Source of the DNA: Bryobacterales bacterium
GTDB lineage: Bacteria; Acidobacteriota; Terriglobia; Bryobacterales; UBA6623
NCBI GenBank assembly: GCA_965205595.1
Contig: CBDBHI010000080.1
Span: forward strand, 46,990 to 110,989
DNA: 64,000 bases
Reading direction: 5' to 3'
The notes under the pieces are model-generated. The model was not told the origin of the DNA. It saw only the letters and a list, made by a program, of their open reading frames with translations, and searched no databases. Positions 57,352 through 64,000 of the stretch are shown piece after piece. How positions within the stretch are numbered: position 1 is the first letter of the stretch; each line of letters opens with the position of its first letter. The translations under genes were made by a program, and so were the position numbers.

Positions 57352-60300
57352 CTAGTCTCCCGATTGCGCTGGCGACGGATCGGTCGAATGTGGCGGATAG
57401 AGCCACCGCTGTAGCCGCCCAAAATCGTCCAGAATCAGATATCCGACCGGGACCAACAGCAACGAAATCGCGGTCGCGAACACCACGCCAAAGGCGATTG
57501 AAACCGCCATTGGTATCAGGAAGCGCGCCTGCACGCTGTTTTCAAGCATCAATGGTGTAATGCCGGCTGCCGTAGTGAGCGAAGTCAAGAGAATCGGTCG
57601 AAATCGCCTCACTCCGGCGTCGCGCACCACATCACTTATGGCTTTGCCGGCTCCACGACCATAGTTAATAAAAGAGACCATTACCAGACTGTCGTTCACG
57701 ACGACGCCGGCAACCGCGACAACTCCGCACATCGAAATAAACGTCATTGGCAGGCCCATTACAACGTGCCCCCAGATGGCGCCGACAACTCCAAACGGAA
57801 CGGCCGACATAACAATCAGGGGCTGTAGATACGATTTAAACGGGATCGCCATGAGCGCGTACATCACAAACAGCGCCGCGCCAAAGCCCACGTAAATTTG
57901 TTCCAAGAACTCTTGCTGGCGAGAGTAGTCGCCTTCAAAGGCGTATCGAATGGAGCGGTACTCGGCAGTCAACGTCGGCAAGAATTCAGCTTCAATGCCG
58001 GAAAGTACCTCGTTGGCATTGGCGTTGATGTTGTCGACATCGGCGCTCACCGTGATTGAGCGTTGCCTGTTAACGCGGATGATATTCGCGTAACCCCATC
58101 CCATCTCGGTCCGCGCGACCGTTCCGAAGGGAACTTCGCCGCCTGCCGGGGTTCGAATCCTCATGTTCTCGAGACTGCCGAGTGATTCACGATGTTCTCG
58201 GGGGTAGCGGACCATCACGCGAATGTCGTCACGGCCGCGCTGGATGCGCTGGGCTTCTTCGCCGAAGAATCCCTGGCGAACCTGGCGCCCAAGGTCCGAA
58301 AGTGAAAGGCCGAGGGCCAGCGCGTTCGACCTTACAGCCAGTTTGACCTCCGACTTACCTCCCACATAGTTGTCGCTGATGTCACTAACACCGCGGTAAC
58401 TTCGCAATTCTTCTTTGGTCGCTTCGGCAGCGGCTTCGAGATCGGCCATGTTTGGACCGGTCAGCTCGATTGCGATTGGAGGCCCTTCGCGATCACCGCC
58501 ATTCACAGTGAGCTTCTCGGCGCCAGGCACGACGCTGAGCCAATCTCTGACCATTCGAACAACCTCATCGTTGGCGACGTCGCGATCCTCTGACGGCACT
58601 AGCTCGATCTCAATCGAAGCCACGTTCGGTGCCGAAACAGCCTGCAGGCTACCGTCGGGCCCACCTCCAGGGGGCAGCTCACCCAGCGATGTCAGCACGT
58701 GGCGCATCAGCGGGCGCTGGGACTCTCCGCTAACACGTTGCTTTAGATTCAGCACGTCCGTTTCGAGCGATGAGATGGCCCGTGCGGTAACGTTCGCCGG
58801 CGTGCCCTGCGGCATCGTTAACGCGATCAGAACCTTATTCGACTCATCCTGAGTCATGAAAATGAACTTCACCCAACCACCGCCAACGAGGCCGACCGTC
58901 AGAAAAAGTGTTGTCACCGCGAGCGAAACGGTCAAATAACGCCAGGTCAAGCAACACTCGAGAAGCGGGCGGTAAACGCGATCGATAAACCACGCCAGCG
59001 CGCTCGACACCGCGCCAGTCAACCATTCCCACGGGCGTATCCAAATCGGTGTCGCCTTGCCCGGCGAAGGCAAATGTGAAAGATGGAACGGCAGTATCAA
59101 CTGCGACTCAATCAACGAAAAAATCAGGCAGGGGATCACTACGTACGGGATGTTCTCCACGATGCGGCCGCCAGTGCCGTCGACTCCCAAAAATGGGGCA
59201 AACGCGACGACCGTGGTCATCACGCCGAAAATCACCGGAATCGCGACGTGTTGAGTTCCGTCGATGGCTGCCGTCAAGCCGTCTGCCTCGTGTTGCTGGC
59301 GGGAAAAGATGCTTTCGCCGACCACAATTGCATCGTCAACGACGATTCCAAGCACGAGGATGAATGAGAACAGAGAGATGACATTGATTGAAATGCCGGC
59401 GACCGGCAAAACCGCGAGCGCGCCCAGGAACGAGACCGGGATTCCCAGCGCGACCCAAAACGCGAGCCTCAGGCGCAGAAACAGCGCCAGAACGATAAAC
59501 ACCAGAAGCAATCCTTGTGCGGCGTTCTTCAGCATCTGATCGATTCGAGCCTGCAGAAGTTCCGCGTCATCCTGCCAGGTGGTGAGTTGGATGCCCTCGG
59601 GCACGGCGGGCTGCTTGCGCCGTACATAGCCGTGGACGGCGTCTGAAATTTCCACGGCGCTTTCGTCGCCGACTCGAAACACCTGCACGAGCACGGCGGG
59701 CTGTCCATCGAGCCGCGTCCACTTTTCGTTCTCCTCGAAACCGTCGACGACACTTGCGACGTCACCCAAGTGGATTCTTGTTCCATCCGGCCGGGTCAAC
59801 AACGTCAAGCGCTCGAATTCTTCGCCGATGTAGGCCTGACCGTCGGTACGCAGCAGAATCTCGCCGCTTGAGGTCTTAAGCGAACCACCGGGAAGCTCAA
59901 CTGCTGTCCGGCGCACCCTCGATGCGACCTCATCGAACGTGAGCCCCCAGCGCCGAAGCGATCGTTCGGCAACCTCGATCGAGATTTCATACGGCCGAGC
60001 GCTTTTCAGCTCGACCTGGCTGATGCCCTTGAGGTTGACTACTTCATCCCGAACTTGCTCGCCAAGGCGGCGCAGCGTCCGTTCATCGGCGGGACCTGAA
60101 ACGGAAATATTGATGACTTGCTTGCGGAGCTGAAGTTGCTCGATGATTGGCCGCTCGGTTTCGGCGGGAAAAGTGTCGATCGCGTCGACGCGCGCTTTTA
60201 CGTCGTCGAGAAACTCGCGCGGATCGTAGTCGGTATCGATCTGGACAAAGACACTCCCAACACCCGCAGAAGCCACGGATGTAATTTTCTTGATGCCGTC

Positions 60301-60525
60301 GAGCCCCTGAATCGCTTCCTCGACGCGGATTACGACGCCCTCTTCGACTTCTTCCGGCGCAGCGCCGCGGTAGGGCACTGAGACGCGAACGACTTCAATC
60401 GAAAATTCCGGAAAGACCTCCTGCTTGCGCGCGGGAACGCTCAGTACGCCGGCGGCGACGATGACGAACATCATCAGGTTTGCGACGACACCATTCGACG
60501 CAAACCAACGGATTAGGCGCGACAT
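57352..60525 (-). CDS. RND efflux permease paralog (AcrB family), no adjacent MFP/OMF
   Basis: 1057 aa, colinear with the 43748-46966 product (for example the shared DLGRQVRQGFFGEEAQRIQRGRDDIRVMVRYP). The DNA differs at many third-codon positions. Confidence 0.95.
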   Translation of the reverse strand: MSRLIRWFASNGVVANLMMFVIVAAGVLSVPARKQEVFPEFSIEVVRVSVPYRGAAPEEVEEGVVIRVEEAIQGLDGIKKITSVASAGVGSVFVQIDTDYDPREFLDDVKARVDAIDTFPAETERPIIEQLQLRKQVINISVSGPADERTLRRLGEQVRDEVVNLKGISQVELKSARPYEISIEVAERSLRRWGLTFDEVASRVRRTAVELPGGSLKTSSGEILLRTDGQAYIGEEFERLTLLTRPDGTRIHLGDVASVVDGFEENEKWTRLDGQPAVLVQVFRVGDESAVEISDAVHGYVRRKQPAVPEGIQLTTWQDDAELLQARIDQMLKNAAQGLLLVFIVLALFLRLRLAFWVALGIPVSFLGALAVLPVAGISINVISLFSFILVLGIVVDDAIVVGESIFSRQQHEADGLTAAIDGTQHVAIPVIFGVMTTVVAFAPFLGVDGTGGRIVENIPYVVIPCLIFSLIESQLILPFHLSHLPSPGKATPIWIRPWEWLTGAVSSALAWFIDRVYRPLLECCLTWRYLTVSLAVTTLFLTVGLVGGGWVKFIFMTQDESNKVLIALTMPQGTPANVTARAISSLETDVLNLKQRVSGESQRPLMRHVLTSLGELPPGGGPDGSLQAVSAPNVASIEIELVPSEDRDVANDEVVRMVRDWLSVVPGAEKLTVNGGDREGPPIAIELTGPNMADLEAAAEATKEELRSYRGVSDISDNYVGGKSEVKLAVRSNALALGLSLSDLGRQVRQGFFGEEAQRIQRGRDDIRVMVRYPREHRESLGSLENMRIRTPAGGEVPFGTVARTEMGWGYANIIRVNRQRSITVSADVDNINANANEVLSGIEAEFLPTLTAEYRSIRYAFEGDYSRQQEFLEQIYVGFGAALFVMYALMAIPFKSYLQPLIVMSAVPFGVVGAIWGHVVMGLPMTFISMCGVVAVAGVVVNDSLVMVSFINYGRGAGKAISDVVRDAGVRRFRPILLTSLTTAAGITPLMLENSVQARFLIPMAVSIAFGVVFATAISLLLVPVGYLILDDFGRLQRWLYPPHSTDPSPAQSGD

Positions 60526-60742
60526 GAGTACGGGCTACTGGGCTGTCCCCGAGAAACCGTTGCACCGAAGTGAATTGATCCTCTCGCGAAAATCTCTTGC
60601 ACCTGGCTCGAACAGACCGCAGCCGATCGACAACGAAGTTTCCGGGGCAGCCCGCTACTTTCAATTTAGTACGTAGCCGATAAAAGAAAGGTCCGTCGGA
60701 TCACGTGCGCGATCATAGGAAGAATCTTTTGACAAACGTTTG

Positions 60743-61630
60743 ATGAGTCTGCAGCCCCCCAAGAATGTGTCGGTATTTATCCCCGTCAAAAACGAGGAAG
60801 AGAACATCGCTCATTGTCTCGAGTCAGTCAAATGGGCCGACGAAGTCTTTGTCATCGATTCGAAATCGCCCGACCGCACGGTCGAGATCGCTGAATCGAT
60901 GGGCGCGAAAGTCTTCCAGTTCGAGTTTGACGGCAGCCAAACCAAAGACGACTGGGCCGTTGAGAATCTACCGTTTCGAAATGAGTGGGCGCTCTACATT
61001 GATGCCGACGAGCGAGTAACGCCCGAACTTCGCGACGAAATCCTGAGAATCGTCACCAGCGCTGAGGCGAAAGACGGCTACTACATCAATCGGCGGCTCA
61101 TATTCATGGGCCGCTGGCTGAAGCACGCCGGCCTCTACCCCAGTTGGAGTCTGCGGCTTTTCAAACATCAGCTCGGCTCCTACGAAAAAGTAAAGGTCGA
61201 CGGGGCCTCACGCCGCGACAGCAAGGTTCACGAACACCTACTTCTCGACGGCGAGGTAGATTATCTCTCGAACGATCTATTGCACCGCGACCTGCGCGAC
61301 CTGTATCGCTACATCGAGCGCCACAATCAGTATTCCGACTGGGATTCCGGCGTCTACCTACGCTATCGGCAAGAGCCGCTGCGTTTTGAGCCCGGCCTGC
61401 ACGGCTCGGTCAAGATCAAACGCTTTTTGAAACGCCTTTGGGTGAGGCTGCCACTGCGCCCTGTTCTGCGCTTCTTGATGATGTATGTTTTTCGGCTGGG
61501 GTTCTTAGACGGCGCGGCCGGCCTGCACTACTGCCTGCTGCGAGCGGTACATGAGTATCACATCAGCGTGAAATTGAAGCAGCGCGTCAAACGCGACGAG
61601 TGGCTGGAGCCCGAGCATGGCTCTGGTTAG
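60743..61630 (+). CDS. family 2 glycosyltransferase
   Basis: VSVFIPVKNEEENIAHCLESV...VIDSKSPDRT, DADE motif. The TTG at 60740 is an alternative start. Confidence 0.85.
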   Translation: MSLQPPKNVSVFIPVKNEEENIAHCLESVKWADEVFVIDSKSPDRTVEIAESMGAKVFQFEFDGSQTKDDWAVENLPFRNEWALYIDADERVTPELRDEILRIVTSAEAKDGYYINRRLIFMGRWLKHAGLYPSWSLRLFKHQLGSYEKVKVDGASRRDSKVHEHLLLDGEVDYLSNDLLHRDLRDLYRYIERHNQYSDWDSGVYLRYRQEPLRFEPGLHGSVKIKRFLKRLWVRLPLRPVLRFLMMYVFRLGFLDGAAGLHYCLLRAVHEYHISVKLKQRVKRDEWLEPEHGSG

Positions 61631-63239
61631 TCTGTGCCGCCGGGCCTTGATGAAACTCGCTCGGTGGGACGAACGCGACCTACTGAAATGGTTGATTGTG
61701 AGGCTGGCGCGACCTTTGGCCGACCCAAGCACCGAGGTCGAAATAAATGACATCGACCGGTTATTCCAGTACACGTTTCCCGAGCCCGACGATGTCGGGA
61801 TCGCGGTTCAAAGTTCGTCTGGCCCACAGATCATAGGGGAACGGTCAGATCAACATGCTACCGCGTTTAGCTGCGAGATCGGGTCGTCCGAAGTCTTTGG
61901 CAAGAGTTGCTCACGCTTGTTGGTTTTGTGGGGAACCGATGCAACACAAACGGGGTATCGTCATGGCGATTCCGGGATCGCGAAACTCGCGGATGTGACC
62001 TCCGACTACCTGATCGTCTCCGTCCCCATCTACCCAGAAAACTTGTTCTGCCCTTCGCTACCTAGCCCCTTTGAAAGGATCTCGTGGTGGGACTCGCAGG
62101 CCGCGGCGGTTGGACTCAACACCGTCGAGTCGCCGCGCGAACGATTCCAAGGCCTCTACCCCCGCTGCTATCGAAAGGAAACGGAGGTTGATTCCAGACC
62201 AACGTTCGTCCAGAATCCACGGATCCTGTTCGCTATGCCAGAGCGAGCAGGAGCATTTCGTTGGGTCGCGGAAGACCTAGCTCAAGCGTTAAATGCTGAC
62301 GGATTCTCTGCAGGCTTTCAATGTCACGACGGTGCTGAACGTGTGTTGACCTGGGCTCACTACTGGCCCGACTACGATGTAGAGGTTGACCGCGGTGACG
62401 CGGAGTTTTTTGTCACCAACTTTCGCTTCAAACCACAACGCCACTTGACTCCGTGGCTTGAGGAACTGGTCGAGCGCGAATGTCCCAAACTGGTCCCGTC
62501 ACAGTTTTCGGCTGACGCGCTCGGTGATCTCGGTGTCCCGAGCGAGCTTCTTCATGTGATTCCGCACGGTTACACGCCGGAATTTTCGATCGGTTTCGAG
62601 CCACTGCCGCTGGCGACCAGCAAGAGCTTTCGCCTGCTCGCCGTCGTTAATTCGCACGACCCAGAACGCTATGGACTCGATTTGTTACTCGACGCTGTTT
62701 CTAAGACGTTCTCCGCGAACGATGATTTTTGCCTCGTGATTAAAGACTATGGCAACAATTGCGACCGCCTGAAACGGTCAATCGACTCCGCGGTCGGCGG
62801 CGGACCCGAGGTGCTTTATTACGCCAACTTCATGTCGAAGCGCGATCTCGCGCGTTTCTATAAGACTTGTTCAGCGTTCGTAGCCCCCTTTCGCGGCGAA
62901 GGATTCGGGATGAAGATCCTCGACGCGGCGGTAATCGGACTGCCGCTGATCTTGCCGCTTTACGGAGGGCCGACCGACTACTGCGAAGCGGATCTTGTCT
63001 GGCCGGTGGAATTCGATGAGGTCGAGGTTGGCGATTGCCTTGAAACCCGCGAGCTCCGTTGGAACGAAAAACTCACTTGGTGTGAACCCCGCGTAGATGA
63101 CCTGGCCCGGCAGTTGAGAGCCGTCTACGAGCAACAAACCGAGGCTAAACGCCGCGCGGACGACTTACGGGAGCGCGTTATACGAGAATTCACGTGGGGA
63201 AAAGCAGCCGAAAAACTGTGTAAGGCGCTAGACCTGTGA
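61617..63239 (+). CDS. glycosyltransferase, GT1/GT4-type C-terminal domain with unassigned N-terminal half
   Basis: C-terminal FVAPFRGEGFGMKILDAAVIGLPLILPLYGGPTDY (glycosyl transferases group 1 E-x7-E region). 14-nt overlap with the GT2 gene. Confidence 0.7.
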   Translation: MALVSLCRRALMKLARWDERDLLKWLIVRLARPLADPSTEVEINDIDRLFQYTFPEPDDVGIAVQSSSGPQIIGERSDQHATAFSCEIGSSEVFGKSCSRLLVLWGTDATQTGYRHGDSGIAKLADVTSDYLIVSVPIYPENLFCPSLPSPFERISWWDSQAAAVGLNTVESPRERFQGLYPRCYRKETEVDSRPTFVQNPRILFAMPERAGAFRWVAEDLAQALNADGFSAGFQCHDGAERVLTWAHYWPDYDVEVDRGDAEFFVTNFRFKPQRHLTPWLEELVERECPKLVPSQFSADALGDLGVPSELLHVIPHGYTPEFSIGFEPLPLATSKSFRLLAVVNSHDPERYGLDLLLDAVSKTFSANDDFCLVIKDYGNNCDRLKRSIDSAVGGGPEVLYYANFMSKRDLARFYKTCSAFVAPFRGEGFGMKILDAAVIGLPLILPLYGGPTDYCEADLVWPVEFDEVEVGDCLETRELRWNEKLTWCEPRVDDLARQLRAVYEQQTEAKRRADDLRERVIREFTWGKAAEKLCKALDL

Positions 63240-63580
63240 GCCTTTCCTCGCCCTCACGGTTGCTCAGCAACACGGCCTGGAACATCATTGGCCGCTTTGT
63301 CGCCGTCGGGGTCTCGATAGGACTGACGTCGTACCTAATAGCCAACCTGGGCACCGAACGCTTTGGCTTATGGGCACTCGCGAACCTGCTCGTAGGTTAC
63401 TTTTCACTCGCCGATCTCGGCATACAAGCAAGTCTGGTCCGTCAGATCGCCTTTGCCCGACCGGACGAAAATCCCGAGCAACTCTCCAAGATTGTAAGCA
63501 CGAGTTTCTTTGTTTTCTTCGGCGCCTTCGTTGTCGCGGCGCCGGGCGCACTCGTTCTAGTACTTAGTTGCGTAAGTTAG
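63236..63580 (+). pseudogene. 5' portion of a Wzx-like polysaccharide flippase gene, truncated by an IS630-family element
   Basis: GTGA overlap with the upstream gene. LLSNTAWNIIGRFVAVGVSIGLTSYLIANLGTERFGLWAL is a typical flippase N-terminus. Only 114 codons remain before it runs into the transposase 3' end. Confidence 0.65.
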
Positions 63581-64000
63581 AATATTTACTGGCGAGGGGA
63601 CGAGGGGCGACGACGGTCTTGGTCCATTCGAACGGAGTAGCCTTGGAGTTGTAGACGCGGACGAAGCTGTCGATGGCCTCGCGCACCTGCCGGGGGGAAG
63701 TGAAACTCGCCCCCCGCAAGGCGCGGCGGCTCAGAATCGAAAACCACACCTCAACCTGATTCATCCACGAACTGTAGGTCGGCGTGTAGTGAAAATGGAT
63801 GTTCGCATGACGTTGCAGCCAGCGGTCATTTTTGGGCTTGTGAGTGTTCAAGTTATCCAAGATGATGTGGATCTCGCGGCCTTCGTGGATGGCCGCGATG
63901 TGGTTCATGAAGTCGAGAAACTCGCGACGCCGTCGGCGCCAATAGTGTCCGGCGATGATGAATCCGGTAGCCACTTCCAGCGCGGCGAAAAGCGGCGTCG
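63561..64000 (-). mobile_element. IS630-family insertion sequence (partial; the left boundary is approximate)
   Basis: The transposase stop at 63564-63566 lies inside the flippase reading frame. A TA dinucleotide at 63561-63562 is a candidate target site. The other end is outside the window. Confidence 0.55.
63564..64000 (-). CDS. IS630-family (DDE_3) transposase, 5' end beyond the window
   Basis: HIILDNLNTHK, HYTPTYSSWMNQVEVWFSIL. The frame stays open upstream of the track start to the window edge (TPLFAALEVATGFII...). Confidence 0.85.
   Translation of the reverse strand, partial: TPLFAALEVATGFIIAGHYWRRRRREFLDFMNHIAAIHEGREIHIILDNLNTHKPKNDRWLQRHANIHFHYTPTYSSWMNQVEVWFSILSRRALRGASFTSPRQVREAIDSFVRVYNSKATPFEWTKTVVAPRPLASKYSNLRN

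Noticed and set aside
58145-58165. GGTTCGAATCC, a tRNA T-loop-like string
   Set aside because: The flanks cannot form a T-stem (CGGGG versus CCTCA) or the other tRNA arms. The string lies inside the RND coding frame, where it encodes the conserved IRTPAGGEVPF region also present in the paralog.
1-64000. CRISPR arrays, rRNA or tRNA genes, prophage or integrase islands
   Set aside because: I saw no regularly spaced direct repeats, no rRNA-like conserved strings, no convincing cloverleaf and no phage structural or integrase genes on either strand. This was a visual scan only and should be confirmed with tRNAscan-SE, Infernal and a CRISPR finder.

Overview
GC-rich bacterial chromosomal segment (GC not computed). 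The gene content fits an Acidobacteriota-type genome: a TIGR03437 'Solibacter C-terminal' domain protein, a GWxTD protein, CarboxypepD_reg outer-membrane proteins and three Tat/lipobox Cys-type sulfatases. This taxonomic call is inference only. I can support about 55 protein-coding genes. Housekeeping blocks are sucA-sucB-lpdA, folP-folB-folK, kdsA, glmM-(membrane protein)-wecB, crcB and thpR. There is a complete TetR-regulated RND efflux operon (TetR, OMF, MFP, RND) and a second, partnerless RND paralog followed by two metallophosphoesterases. The 3' end holds a polysaccharide-type cluster (GT2, GT1-family, Wzx-like flippase). I saw no rRNA, tRNA or CRISPR array by eye. The most unusual gene is a 750-aa protein that fuses a cytoplasmic patatin-like phospholipase, through one TM helix, to an extracytoplasmic OpuAC/ProX-type quaternary-amine binding domain. 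Four gene-inactivation events are visible directly in the sequence: (1) a 1605-bp rve-transposase IS with a 7-bp target duplication that splits a small gene, and removing it restores the ORF exactly; (2) an IS630-family element truncating the flippase gene at the window edge; (3) a 1-nt frameshift in a T6 run of an acyltransferase-3 gene; (4) a 1-nt frameshift splitting the TIGR03437 C-terminal domain of a large secreted protein. Other sequence-level observations are a 157-nt nested palindrome after the RND operon, a tandem palindromic TetR-type operator, and a crcB gene whose conserved first TM helix lies upstream of any canonical start codon. No multi-gene defence-like system is evident. The patatin fusion is the best candidate for new biology.
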